DNA of 64,000 nt from Octopus sinensis. Its lineage: Eukaryota. Shown here in pieces: positions 36,760 to 50,914 of the stretch. The notes under the pieces are model-generated. The model had not been told where the DNA came from. It did not search any database and saw only the letters and a list, made by a program, of their open reading frames with translations. The stretch covers positions 153,884,001-153,948,000 of the forward strand of contig NC_042998.1 of assembly GCF_006345805.1 (NCBI RefSeq), read 5' to 3'. Positions within the stretch are counted from its first letter, which is position 1, and each line of letters begins with the position of its first letter. A program made the translations under genes and the position numbers.

Positions 36760-39699
36760 TTAAAAAGCTTAGTGGAATGGAACAAAAACAGTAAAGAGTA
36801 GAAATAGATATACTTTAAAGGATCAGACAAGTTCACTGCCCTTTGTTTAAATTTGAGTAAGTTTGCTTTTTACATCTTCACAATCAATAAAATAGTGTCA
36901 ATAATATTTCTTTCTCCTTCAAAATTTGTTTTATTTATTGCAGAAACAAAAATTATTGTCAAACCTTCAGTTTTTGGACTCACTACAAGATATTCAGAAC
37001 TATCTTTAAATCTTTTGTAATCTGCTCTGCTTAAATAGAAAAATCTGATATTAGCCATTTACTTAAATCATTTGTCAATTACATTTGTGTCAGATATGAC
37101 AGACATATAACACATCCCTTTAAATCATCTGTGTTCTATGACATCAGCAGCTGCAGTACCACCGTCTTCACCATAAGGTTGCTTACATTTTATCCCTTCA
37201 TAAGGTGGTTCCTAGATGTTGACTTGATTGGTGGTTAATTATAGGTGTTGGCAGACAGTGCTCAGTAAGCTGCAGCCATGTTATACCTATCATTGTCATC
37301 GATGAATCATAGAGTTGTTCATAAGCCCCTTTCTACATCCAGCTGATGGTGAAAGCCATCTTGAGCATCTGAATGTAAAGACTTGGCTATGCACCTAGTG
37401 AGGTTCTAAGCTTCACGCCTATTTATGATGTTTCAATTGCTATTATAACACTCTCTTCTTGAGTTGTCTAAAAAGACTGTAGTTCAAGATATTCTTTGTT
37501 TTGCTGAATGCTTTTAAGTCACAGCCTCAAAGCACCTTCATGTTCCTCTCTCATCCTGCCATAAATGATTTACTAAAACAATATAAGATTTTATTCAGAC
37601 GGCATGGTTGTTAGTCTAAATCCTAATACATATAAAAGGTATGTTTACTCAACTATAAATTGATGACATATAAAATCCAGCAAGTTCAAACAGAATTCTG
37701 TGATATGCTTTGAATTATTTTTTAAGTACAGTTACTTTGAAGGTTAATCTATAAAACTGAAACGCATAATTTGAGTAAACAATCAAACTATTCAGCTTCA
37801 ATGAACACTACAATTTCAATATTTTCTCAAATCACAATACTAGTATAGTAGACACCTAGACACTTGGACAAGTGTACAACTAAAATGGTTTTATAGCTTC
37901 CATTATTGAAGTAGTCATTTCTGAAAATGAATACAAAACTCAAATTTTTAAATAACTATTTGAAACCGAAAGCTTCAAACAATAAAACAAAATAACATTA
38001 ACATTCTTTTTCACAAAGAAGACATTCCAAAATTAGGTTTTGCAACTCACATGCTAAAGTATTACATTATTGTGTTTATGATCAGAACATTAGTTAACAA
38101 TGTATGAAATAACTCTATCATTAGAAAACATGGAATGCTAATGAAATATTTTAGTAATGATTAGATAATATTTATTATTTCATGGAAGGTTCTAATTCTA
38201 TAAAACTTTGTACCACTCTCATGACCTCTTCCTTTAAGACTCATGCTTTTTTTTTTTTTTTTACAGGCTTATGTATATAGGACAGATCTTAATTTTTTTC
38301 ATACATATCTCATAGTAATAAAACAGCAGAGTTTTGAAAAAACCATGTAAACACCACTAGAATGTATTTGAAATTCTTCTGAGTATAACTATGCAGGTAG
38401 TTTCCTTTGCAATCATGTGATTCTGGTTTGATTTTATTTCCTGGCATTTTAAGCTAAGTTGTTTTTTGCCACAGACTTAGATTGGCCCAAACCTTGTGGG
38501 TGAAACTTGGTTGAGAGAAACTATCATCATTATATTTATAGTAGACGTAACTTATCATTCAGTTTAATTGTTAGTGGAGTCTACTTTGTAGCAAGCAATC
38601 AGACCATATATCAGATTTGAGGATAACTAGACCAGATACCTGATCTAGATAACCTCAGAGTGTGTTGCTTCCTCCTGCAGTAAACCATATATCATATTTG
38701 TGATTTTTTATACAACCTATAATGACATTATTTACATTATTTACATTTCACAGATATTTGTCCTCATCTTGTTTGTTGCTAAATCAATGCATTTCATTTC
38801 ATTTGGGTTTGAGTCCATGCTCAGGCCAAGTCGAAGACTCCACCCTCAGTATTGTAAAGCATTGTAAACAAAAATGAATAAAAATTTTATAGGTCTTGTA
38901 GATGCAGACAACCACTGTTCTTTTACCAAATGCTGAAAATTTTTGTTTTAATCACATTTTTTTTAGGTTTATAAGTATAGCAGAATTTAAAATGATCTAG
39001 AGTTAAAGCCTTTGTTTTGAATTCAAATCCTGCTAGATTCACCAAAGAGTGAATAGCAAGGTAAATGAACTTTGGTGGTATCTGATTTCAGAATGTAGAG
39101 CATTACATATTATTTATTACATTAGGGACAGTGTTACTGCTTCATACACAAACATCTTAAATTACATTTAAAAGAAATATATTTTATTGGAAAAGATTCA
39201 CTCATTACATATTATCCTCTAGTCCATAGTTGCGCTATCTTCTCAAATTGATATTTCGGTTACTATTTGCTCATCATGTCCAATGAAGAAATACCTATCT
39301 CTTTTCATCATCAGTACTATGTTGCCTCTCCCACCACTTGCAGGCTCTACATTAACCAGTATACTCAAATCTTATCCCAAAACATTAACCCTCTGGAAAT
39401 ATTTTATCATCTACATTCTTCCAAGTTGAACCTGAACTATTAATTACAACTATTTTGGAGAGCTTGCTAAGGTACAGCCTCCTTCTAATTAAAGCATAAA
39501 ACAAAATAAATAAGTGGATATGTTTATTTGCTACTTAACATATGAAATTTCTATGACTGGTTAATTGACTCTATTCAGGTATGACTCTTCTTCTTTAGTC
39601 TGTAGATGCATATTGAATCAGCATTGCAAGCTTATGGATAACTCATCAGCTATGCAGTACTCCTTTTACAAGAATTGCCAATCCTATAATGCCTCTTTT

Positions 39700-40606
39700 T
39701 GAGGTGGTATCAAAAGATTCCCAGACTAGTTCTGTTTAATAAAAAATAACTTATTTACTCAAGTTTTAACATCATCTCTTTCAAAATAGTCATTTTACAC
39801 AGCAATACTCTGGTCCCAGCATTCCTGTCACTTTTGGAATCCAGCCAGGAAGTTATTTTCTGTACCCAAGTTGAAGACCATCTGCAATTCACTCTGGATT
39901 TTGACAATGGTGTTAAAATGGTGACATTTGAGCTGCATTTTTATCTTGGAGAAGAGATGGAAGTCCGCAGGTGCTAAATCTAGTGAATAGGATGGATGTG
40001 GAAGTAATACTATATTGTTTTGGGGCAAGAAACTCACAAATGAGGGGAGTTTAGTGACAGAGTTCATTGTCGTCATGAAGAATCCAATTCTTTACATTCT
40101 ACAAATCCAGTTGTTTTCACTGAATGCTCTCTCTCAAATGCTTCAAAACATTGTAGTAGAACTCTTGACTGATGGTCTGGACATGGGAGACAAATTCTTG
40201 ATGCACAATACCACATTTCCAAAGGTGACATTCGTGGATAGTCTTCTAGATGGCTCATCACCTTCCAGAGATATTCTTCCACTTTTGAAGCACCCATGCC
40301 ACTCAAAATAATATGTACGGCCCATGGCCTCATCACTATAAGCTTGCCAAAGCATGCTCAATGTCTTTGTAACAAACTTCCCAAGTTTAACGCACAATTT
40401 CACATTGGCTCTTTGTTCCTGTCCATGATAAAATCTTAGACTACAGCACACATGCAATCACAAAAATATATTTCACAAATTGCGAAATAAACACAGTGAT
40501 ATCACTTGGCATGCTGCCTCATGAAGGTCACTAATAGCTCTCACTGTGCATGCAACCATGAACTGCTGTCTGTTGGCATGCTACAGAATTTTTCCATACC
40601 ACCTCA
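39700..40606 (-). mobile_element. Internally deleted mariner transposon
   Basis: N-terminal EQRANVKLCVKLGK...FEWHGCFKSGR and C-terminal HPSYSLDLAPADFHLF. Ends GAGGTGGTAT.. / ..ATACCACCTC(A)TA. Confidence 0.85.
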
Positions 40607-40929
40607 TACATCTAGACTGAGCTGATATTCTATTAATATAACGTTGCTTTCAGTTAAAGGTGGCATGATTTTTATGAATGTGTGTCTATTCTGTTTTAAA
40701 TCATTTAAATTCTTCCTTTGACGAAGGAGCTGGTTTTTAACAAAGATACAAAACTCCATCGTTTGAATGTAAATAATGAAAACAATGTCACATTTTAAAC
40801 CTGAGAAAAGTCTAGCATAGTTTTACTGTTCTATTTACAGATTGTATTTGTAATGTGTGAATCAGTTGGTCAATTTCTTTTTCTGAAAATCCAAGCTTAT
40901 CCAGACTGACGGTTAGGCACTTACTTCAA

Positions 40930-42215
40930 AAACCAAGTGCTCCTATGATTGTTGATATAAATGTAAACTTTTATTCTGGATATAGAAGCTGAAGGTTTCA
41001 AAGCAGTTGTCCATAATTATCTTCTTTCTCTTTGATTTTCAAAGAGATAATCACATCAGCAGGACATCTGACCTCTATGATGGTACATACTTTTTCTTGT
41101 CTGTCCCAAACAACAATATTCAGCCTGTTTACACTTGACAGATGTTTTGATGGGAATGTTCCGCCAGTATTACTCCTGTTGATATTTGTGTACGTACTCA
41201 ATAACAGGGGGATTCCCAATATTTATTCCAGGACAATGTTTTTTTTTTTACCAAATGACATTGTATATTGTTTTTGTAACAATGTCATGTAGCATAGGGA
41301 AGTAGTACCTTGATGACATTTCTGGGCAGCTGCTACTCACGTACGATGTCTTCCACAGAAATGCAACATAATTTACATTTATGGTTGCATCTTTGAACTC
41401 CACAGGCTTCACTGTCTCTTTTGTTGATTAGATATTTAGTAGCAATCTCCTGTTCTTGGATTGCATATGTATAGCCTTCGAGGTGTGATGTGATGTAGTG
41501 GTTAAAAGTCCCAGAGATGCTTTGCTTCATGTCAATGTTACTATCTTCTTCAAGTCTTTGAGAAACATACCCATGCATTGTTATTTTTTTGGTATGTTGA
41601 GTATTTCACCTCCAAATCTTTTTTGAGGTATGCTAGTCTAGCTGATTTGGGGTTGTATGGGAGGTCATCAGGAAGAGAGTGCTTCCTGAGGAGCTTACTT
41701 CCAACTAGAAGGTTATTATTTTCTTCACTTTTCAGCACCAAGTTTATGTATTTATTGTTGCTGCTGTTGTTTAGCAAGTGTTGTCTGGGACAGACTGTGC
41801 GACATTTGAAGGTTGTCTGTACTGATCTCAAGCGTCTACCTCCTTTAATTCTGCTTAGGTAGAGCCTGTCAATATCACTATTTTTGTGGAGATGTTAGAA
41901 TCTTGCAGGTTTTAATGTCTATGGAGTTGATTTCTTCCATATACCAGTCAAATATCCCAAATGTTGGAATCAGCACTGGTACTGCAAATACATTGAAATA
42001 TTGTTTTGTTGTAAGAGGTGAATTCAGATTGCCATATTTTTCTTAGTCTGGTGTAACATACTTGGGTCACTCTATCATTATTTACAGTACCTTCATATGA
42101 TATATTTTCATCAATGCCTAGGTACTTGTAGCATTCTTTGTGTGAAATAGGAGAGATAGTGAGACAACTGATGCATAGATTTTGTCTGGGGGACTGATTT
42201 TCCCCATTCAGCAAT
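40930..42215 (-). mobile_element. R4/Dong-like RLE-type non-LTR retrotransposon, decayed 3' part
   Basis: YKYLG, AIQEQEIATKY, CKLC knuckle, and NIVVWD...IIEVRCPAD...KEKEDNY restriction-like endonuclease motif. Confidence 0.8.
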
Positions 42216-42345
42216 CAAATCAAATGATATGTATGTATGTACATATGTATTTATGTATGTATGTATGTACGTAAGCAAGCATGCATGTATGTCTCTGTGT
42301 CTGTCTGCCTGTATGTATGTACATATGTATGTATGCATGTATGTA

Positions 42346-42561
42346 CAAGAGGGTGCTGAAAAGTTCCTGGCTTTGGGTTAAAGTAAATACAGGTGAATCA
42401 GTTAATTATGATTTTATTTAACATATTTCCTTCTCAGATTCACACACTTATTGCGGTGGTCCTTATTTTTTCTAAGCCATGTAAAAGAACTCAGAAGCTT
42501 TGACCTCCAACCAGGTTTTTTGCAATACCCTTAAAGCCAAGAACTTTTCAGTACTCCCTTG
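42346..42561. mobile_element. 216-bp mariner-derived MITE
   Basis: About 29-bp TIRs CAAGAGGGTGCTGAAAAGTTCCTGGCTTT / AAAGCCAAGAACTTTTCAGTACTCCCTTG with TA on both sides. Confidence 0.88.
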
Positions 42562-42719
42562 TATATGTGTGTGTATGTATGCATGCATGTATTTATCTAT
42601 TTATTTATGTGTGCATACATGTTTGTTTGCTTCTTTCTTAACTTTTACTTTATTCTTTACTGGCCACCTTTCCAGTAACGAGGTTGTAAAGGAAAGGAAA
42701 TTATCATTGTCTCTTGTGT

Positions 42720-43130
42720 AAGTGTTTATCCTTTGAATCATAAGAACGTTTTACAAATTTTGAAAGTTCCATATATCATGGGTATTTGTAGATTATGAAT
42801 TAAAGAACTATGTTTTTTCTCCACAAATCCAAATTTAGTTATACTTTGGTCCAGATGGGTGGTATATAACCTGTAGCTCCAACAATGATTGGTATTTAAC
42901 CGAATAAGTACCTTGGATACAGGATCTGCAAACTTCACATCAATGTTCCTTAGTATCCTCCTTCTCTTGCAGTTTTCATACGACATTGACATCAGGTGGG
43001 CAGCTGATTTCTATGACAACATGTTTTTAATGTATGATCCCAAACAACACTATCAGGGCGATTGTGTTTTAATTTGGTGGCAGTTTTTATTTTTAAGTTC
43101 CACAAGTATTTCTTTGGACCATCATTTTCA
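42720..43130 (-). mobile_element. Second R4-like RLE C-terminal fragment
   Basis: KHNRPDSVVWD...EISCPPDVNV...QEKED, PIIVGATGY, GTFKICKTFL* across frameshifts. Confidence 0.72.
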
Positions 43131-43177
43131 ACAGATGTATGTATGAATATAAATATGTATGTATATAATATATTCTT

Positions 43178-43341
43178 TTATTTGTTTCAGTCATTTGACT
43201 GTGCCCATGTTGGAGCACCACCTTTAATCGAACAAATCGCCCCCAAGACTAGTACTTATTCTATCGGTCTCTTACAGGGATGTAAACACACCAACATTGG
43301 TTGTCAAACGATGGTGGGGGGACAATCACAGACACACAAAC

Positions 43342-43377
<36 letters not shown>

Positions 43378-43538
43378 ACACTACGGGGTTCTTTCAGTTT
43401 CCGTCTGCCAAATCCACTCACAATGCTTTGGTCAGCCTGAGGTTATAATAGAAGACACTTGCCCGAGGTGCCACATAGTGGGACTGAACCCAGAACCATG
43501 TGGTTGGTAAGCAAGCTACTTACCACTCTGCTACTCTT
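43178..43538 (-). mobile_element. Full-length tRNA-derived SINE
   Basis: Head AGCAGAGTGGTAAGTAGC...GGGTTCAGTCCC, internal TA/TG microsatellite, LINE-like tail. Confidence 0.88.
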
Positions 43539-43731
43539 GTCATTGTTCAGTTTTATTTCAAGATTTCTTGCCAATAGAGAAAGAGTCAGTTTCTAACCTA
43601 GATCCAAGGCTCCTTCATTCGAATTTCAACATCAACAACAAGGTATTTTTGTATGTGTGTATGTATGTATGTATGTATGTATGTATATGTGCAGATTTGT
43701 ATGTTTTGCATTATGCATTTTCATGCATATA

Positions 43732-45108
43732 TCAGGTCATCCCATAAGTTCTGTCTGATTTTACCCTTTTTAAAATTGAATGAAATTTAATAGTATTTTA
43801 GAATGTCTAATGGAATTTAAAATTATTTTTATGCATTTATGTACATTTAAACTAATTAAATATTATTTTACAGAATAATAGAATTAAAATTTCTTTGATT
43901 AAAACCCTTTCTAAAATGGAAGTATCCAAAGAGCATTTAAGGCACATAATGCTTTATGAGTACAAAAAAGGAAATTCTGCAGCCAATGCGGCTCAAAACA
44001 TACACTCAGTTTATGGGAAAGAATGCTTGAATGAAAGAACTTTCAGAAGATGGTTTGCAAAATTCAGAAGTGGAGATTTCAGCCTTGAAGATGAGGATCG
44101 AACAGGACATCCAGTTGAGTTTGATGATAAGTTCCTTGAGGCATTACTTTTAAAAAATTTTTTTAAAATTCTAGTTTCAGCTCAGAGCTGCGGCCATGCT
44201 GATGCACCGCCGTTTTGTGCAAAGAAGAAAATTGCTACTTGAAGAAAATCCTACATTATCAGTTAAAGAATTGGCAATTAAGCTTAGTTCAAACCATACA
44301 ACTGTTCATCATCATCTTCAACAACTTGGAAAGGTTCCTAAACTTGGAAAATGGGTGCCTCATGAATTGTCCAAGAGTAACCACAAATCCCGAGTTGACA
44401 TCTGCTCTTCTCTCCGTTCTCGCAAACTCATTTCACCCTTTTTAGATAGACTTATGACTGGTGACAAAAAATGGATCTTTTATCGAAATGTTAAATGTTG
44501 TAAACAGTGGCTTGGTAAAAGGGAAAAGGCTCAACCACAACCGAGAAGGGAACTTCATGAAAAAAGGTTCTTCTCTTTATCTGATGGGATTGCAAAGGAG
44601 TAATTCATTTTGAATTGTTACCACCTAATGCAACAATCAATGCTCAAGTCTACTGTCAGCAAATAGAGCATTTGAACCAAGCTTTGAAGAAAAAAAGACC
44701 CACTTTAGTAAATTGAAAAAGAGTGATGTCTCATCAGGACAATGCGCGACCCCACACTGCAAAGATCTCATCACAGAAGATTGAAGAGCTTGGTTGGAAA
44801 AAATTCCTCATCCACCTTATACTCCCGACCTTGCTCCTTCAGACTACCATTTGTTTCATAGTTTACAGAATCATTTGGGGGACATAACTTTCACAAGCCA
44901 GGAGGAGGTTGAAACTGACATTTCAGAGTTCTTCGCTTTGAAACCAAAAGAGTTTTACATTGCTGGGATTAAAAAGCTTGTAAATAGATGTTAGGAAGTC
45001 ATAAATAATCAGGGAAAGTACATTGATGATTAACTTTCAATTAAATATAACATTTGATCACTTGTTTTCTTTATTCAAAATTCAGACAGAACTTATGGGA
45101 TGACCTGA
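43732..45108 (+). mobile_element. Full-length mariner (DD34D) transposon, inactivated
   Basis: 27-bp identical TIRs TCAGGTCATCCCATAAGTTCTGTCTGA with TA TSD. Transposase from 43916 has WVPHEL, TGDKKW, HQDNARPH and YTPDLAPSD (34 aa between the last two D). Carries stops, a frameshift and a 91-bp insertion. Confidence 0.95.
44150..44240 (-). mobile_element. 91-bp LINE 3'-end insertion inside the mariner transposase
   Basis: CTAGTTTCAGCTCAGAGCTGCGGCCATGCTGATGCACCGCC. Flanked by TACTT at 44145-44149 and 44236-44240. Removing it restores EALL-EENPTL. Confidence 0.88.
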
Positions 45109-46259
45109 TAGTCACATATCTAGACATGCCCATATATATTTAAAGTCCCAATCAAATAGAAAGTCATCTGGTAGTGGAATGACACAGCTGATAGGGCAGT
45201 AAAAGCTATGAGACAGGTTTGGAAAACTAGGAAGAGTGTTTGTAGAGAATATTACCAAATGCTAGAAGGGCAACAAAGCAACAGATGTACTTGACTAAGG
45301 GTGAGGCAGAATCGAAAAAGATATTGTCAAACCATTCAACTTTTGCCAGCATGGATGCTAGATGTTTGATGATGATGATGATGATGTATGTATGTATGCA
45401 AGTATGTGTGCATGCATATATTTTTGGTATCTACCATTTTAATTCCTCATTGTTCTCCAAAAGTGAATGAACTGATGAACTCTCTTTCACAGATGAATGC
45501 CAAAAGTTTTAGTTGTGTAGGTGAAACACAGGGGATACGTGTTCAAGTTCCTTGAGGTTGCAGGTTGCTTGGAAGTAATTGTGGGCTTTAAAGATTCCAA
45601 CAAATTTTCGTCTGGACCATTGAATTGTTGATATAAGGGTACAACAAAAACTTCTTTGCATCCAATAGGATTTATTCAATTAACAATATAAACAGTAAAA
45701 TGTGTTCCATTTTTAATTAACGAAAATTGTTAGAATGTCTTCTTGGCTGAACATTTGTTAAAGGTCCTTAATACTAACCTTAATTTTGGTAAGGTTACAA
45801 GCCATTTATAGAATAAATCCCCATCATTAATCATCATCATCATTTAACCTCTGCTTTCCATGCTGGTATGGATGATTCAACAGAGCTCAACGTCTCAATT
45901 TTGGTGTGGTTTCTATGGCTAGAAAAGCATGCTGTACCCTTTACAATGTACTGCATGCTTTATTTGTGGCTCCAACACTAGTGAGGTGACCTTGTAACTC
46001 ACAAGACTAGAGATCTCTATCAATTGAGAAAGAGAATACAAGGAAAGGAGGTGGTTTTATGTTCAGAGGTTAAAGTATGATGATCGAGTCAAGATGGTTA
46101 CAGTAGTGTCAGAAATGGAGATAAAGACAGTGAGGATTAAATACAAAGAAATATAATTTTAGCAGCAGGGTGACGTTCTGATGATGAAGTTAAAGAAAAG
46201 CAGAGAGAGAGGTGGTGGTGGCGGTGGATAGTGGTGGCAGTGGTGAGTGGACAGGGAAA

Positions 46260-48330
46260 AGTGTAATTTTTTTTAATTGAACTTTTTTATATCACCCATC
46301 ACTTAACACATGCACCTAAGTGCAATTATTGCCTGCTTGCTTGAAAATTGATATTTGCTTATGAAATATAGGTGGCAGCCAATGTAAACTAACAACAGAA
46401 AGAATAAAACTGAATAGGCAATGACACAAAAAAAAGTAGAGGGTCGAAACACGAGGACAAGCACGGGAGCATCAGCATGTAGAAGGGAAATATGAATCAA
46501 ACAGTATAGAGTAAGTATTTACAACAGATAATGGAACATATTCAAGCTAGAATATAAAATGTAAATCAGAAAGAATGACCAAATAAAAAACCTGCAAACA
46601 TATGGTTGAAAAGATCAGTGGAAGGTGGGAGGTATGTGATGCATGTGATGTATGTGAATGTGTGTGGGGATGGGTTTTGATGAAAGAGGTGACAAATTGA
46701 AACTGTGAGGAACAGAGGAAAGAAAAGAGAAAATCAATTCTTGCTCTTGACAGAGGTGGGAATCCGGGTGGCTTCTGTGCAATGACAGTCTGAACATAGA
46801 AGTTGTAGTGAATGACTGGTCGAGTGGAAGTGGTGCAAGACCAAAGTATCATTGTTGAGTCTGATGTGCCAGGAATGTTCAGCAAACCAAGCTGGCCGGC
46901 TTGACCAATGTACAGGACAAGACAGAGAGCAGTAGATACAGTAGATAACATTGCTGGAGTTGCAAGTAAAGGAATTGGTGATGTAGAAGGGACAGTGGTG
47001 AGTGCTAGTGAGGATAGAGGTGTTGGAGAGGTTGGACCAGGTGCGATAACATGGACGAGAGCAAGGGAAGGAGCTAGGCTGGGTGTCAGGAGTGGGGAAG
47101 GCATTATGGACCAGAAGAATGTGTAAGATATGGGCGTTTGAAGGAGGGAAGGGGTGGGTTGAGAAAGATGTGGGAGGTGGAGGAATCAGATTAGAGTTGG
47201 CAGAAAGCCCGAAGAATGGTGAATTGGAGGAGTAGGGTGGAGGGTTAGTAGGCTAAGAGGAAGGGAGGTGGGTAAGAGTGGAGTGAGTGCAGGTAAAAGT
47301 GAAGTGAGAGAGCAGAAACATGATCAACAAATTGTGTATGGGTGATGGCAATTTGAATAACAGTAATGGGTTATCCCCATTGGGTGAAGAATCTCAAAGT
47401 CATAGTTGTTACGACAGAGCGAGCAGAAACGGAGAAAATGAGAATAGAAGTTTGGTGTGGGTAGAGTGGAATGAGAAGAAGTTGAGCTAAAAGTGTGAGT
47501 CTGTGGGTTTATAGTGGATAGGGGTGGTGAGAGAGGAGTGGTGGATGGTGATAAAAACATCACCAAATTGATGGAGTTGTTGGAAACAGGAAAATTTGAG
47601 GTGGGATGGAAATACTTGATGAAAGACATGAAGGGGTCAACATGTTCGCAGGAGATTGAACTTGCATTGATACAGACATCAATGTAACAACCATATAGTT
47701 CTGGAGTGGGACCAATGGATTAAGAGAGTATTTGGGCCTCAGCATAGCTGAGAAGGAGGTTCGCATAGTTGGGCCCATTCTTATTCCCATCGCCACTACC
47801 AAGACCTAATGGCAAAATTCACCTGTGAATAAGAAGCAGTTAAGAGAGAAGATGAGTTTAGCCAGACAGAGGAGGGTAGAGGTGTCAGGTTGAGTATCAA
47901 GCAAGGAGACCTTTCTTATGAGAGACGATGGTATATAATGATTTTATGTCAAGGGTGAACAGGAATCTGGAAAATCTGGGAAGTAAGGAGAAAGAACTGA
48001 ACAGACAAAGAGCTTGGTTAGTATTGTGTGTGCATGAGAGGTGGAGAGATAAAGCCACTAGGGGTGCAAAGACAAGGTCGAGATATTTGGAGATGTGTTT
48101 GGTGGGGCAACTGCAGATGGAAATGGTGGGAAGGCCAGGGTTGTTGGGTTTATCGATATTTAAAAGGAAGTAAATGGTGGTGGTGCATGGGGTATGGACA
48201 ATGAGGTTGGAAGCGGTGGGGGGTAGAAGGGAGGAGGAAATAAGACTGTGAATAGTAAAAGAAATGATTTGCTGATAGTGTGACTTGGAGTTGGAGGGTA
48301 GAGCGCAACAGGAGGAGATATTTTGGGTGG
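46260..48330 (-). mobile_element. Old Penelope-like element (RT plus GIY-YIG), heavily decayed
   Basis: LFTLDIKSLYTIVSHKKGL (RT motif A), VAMGIRMGP (motif B), FYSHFLRFCSLC, LYIGQ. Confidence 0.8.
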
Positions 48331-48371
48331 TAGAGCTCCTCGTGTATGTATGCATATATGTATGTATAGGC

Positions 48372-48477
<106 letters not shown>

Positions 48478-49303
48478 CCAACCCATTATTAACAGCATTA
48501 ATGAGCGAAATTTTTTTGCCTTCACAATTGGCGTACACTTTCTCTAGATTTAAATAACATCTAATTCTTCTACCAGTAATCTTTTAGCATTCATCTATAT
48601 AGGACTGTACTATTGGTCCTTACAATTTATAATTTATAACTTTTGTGTCTCCATGTATGTGTTCTACATTAATTGTTTCTGTCCCGACTGAAAAAAAAAA
48701 AATATAGTTATTCTGATATATGCATGATATTCGGAACCCCCCAGAGTCTTTTATAGGTGTAAGATGTATATGCGCATCATATCTTAGGGCACTAGTTTGA
48801 GTTTTTACTATACCAATATGTAATATGTAAGAGTATATAATTACTATAAGTTGTTTATCTCGATGAGCATATAATGTGGGATTTTCTTCTTTTTTTTTTA
48901 CGGTTGGTTTGTTGGGGGTTGTGCGATTTCTGCGGCACAGGCGTGGACCCGGGTGGCGCTGCACCGGAGTTTGTGCGCCAGCGTACACGTGGGCATCCGC
49001 GCATGCATTGCGCGGGTGTGGCCGTGCATGTGCATTAACGTGTGCACTCTCGCGCGCTGTGCTTGCGGACATTCGTGTGTATTTGTACGTGTGTTCTTGT
49101 GTGTATCTTGGTGATCATGTGTGCGAGTGGGACGTGTGCGGGTGTGCCCAACTATGAACTCGTGTGTCCGTGCAAGGGCGTGCATGCACATGTATGTGCA
49201 TGTGGGTGCATTCCGGCATATCCACTTATACTTACTATATTAGGTTTATCTTTATGCCCTCCTTAATTTGTATTCCATTTTATTTATCTATTTATCTATA
49301 CAT

Positions 49304-49346
<43 letters not shown>

Positions 49347-50836
49347 TATTTATTTATTTAATTATTTATTTTTGTTTATTTGGCACTTACTAATCTATAA
49401 TTAATTTAATTTATAATTAATAAACTTATTCAAAATTAATAGTAACCTCTGTAGGTGTGTGAAAATGTGTATGTGTACGTATATATGTTTTTGTACATAT
49501 AGGTATGATCGTGGGTGGATGTACAGATGTATGTCTTTATTACACATATGAGCACGCAGGTGCGTACTTGGATGTGTATATATGTATATGCGAATACTCA
49601 TTCATGGGTGGTTATAAATATGGGTTTTATTTGTACGTATGAGTGCGCAGATATATATTTAAATATATATATATGTGTGTGCGAAAGTTCCCTGACACAG
49701 TATAGGAAAGTGTATTAATATTTATGCGTATATGAGGATGTGCGTGTGAGTGTGTGTGTTAGTGTTAGACACTGCTGCCTGTACTGATATGTCTATAAGC
49801 CATGCGATGACAGACATGCACTCTGCAATTTATTGTAGAGATGTGTCGGGGTGTATTCATGTGTGTGTACATGTGTGTGTGAGTTTCTGTGTGGATGTGT
49901 GGGTTTAGGGTTAGATGTGGATGTGTATGTTTTGCTTGTACGGTGTGGTGGAGGTCGGGCGGTTCTCAATTGACCAACCGTGAGGAAGATAATGATAATT
50001 TTAAATTCAAATCCAATAGTGTATTTATGTCATAAGGAAAATAATTAACTGGAACACGGACATACATATATTCCGCTCTGGATCATAATGTAAGAGTTAT
50101 TAATAATATTATGAATGATAATAATGATAACATTAATGGTATTGACAATGATAATGATGCTAACTTTAATGACACTTTAGAAATTATTATGAAGTAATAT
50201 AATGTACTATTGACTATGTATATTTGCATCTAGGTACTAATTTGTGTATGTTTATTATCACAATATTAAGTCGAAAAACTGAGACATTGAGTGTGGAACA
50301 CATATATATGTTTACTAATTTATATTATTTATTTATATCATTATGTAAATGTATATTTTTATATGTATAGGAGTGTGAGTATATGCACTCATATGTATAT
50401 GTATATGTTGTATTGTGGGTATGCACCCACACCCATGTGGGTATATATGTAGACTGAGTTATATTATATAATCTCCTCCGAAGAAACCTTATGATATTTT
50501 TGTAAATGTCTCATTTATATCTATATATTGACCAACCATAAAGGGCTAATATTGGTAAAATGAGACATACTCATTGACATGACCGAAACAGCTGTAAGAT
50601 GTAATCTATACTTATATTTACTTATATTTATATTCTCTTTTATATATATTCTACTTATACAACATTACTCTTTTATGTACACTTTTTTATGTACATTCCT
50701 TTATGTACACTGATTTGTTCTGCTTTTTATATTTAACCCTACAGTCTCTTATGTGGTGGTTTAATAAAGTATGTGATTGAGTATTATCTGGTAATTGATA
50801 TTTGATTTAGATGTATTTCTACATTTTCTTACCTTG

Positions 50837-50913
<77 letters not shown>

Positions 50914-50914
<1 letters not shown>

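Noticed and set aside
36840-37058. Candidate small exons of a neighbouring minus-strand gene (RADYKRFKDSSEYLV... or EQITKDLKIVLNIL)
   Set aside because: Splice-like signals exist, but the frames are ambiguous and I recognise no protein. Needs RNA-seq.
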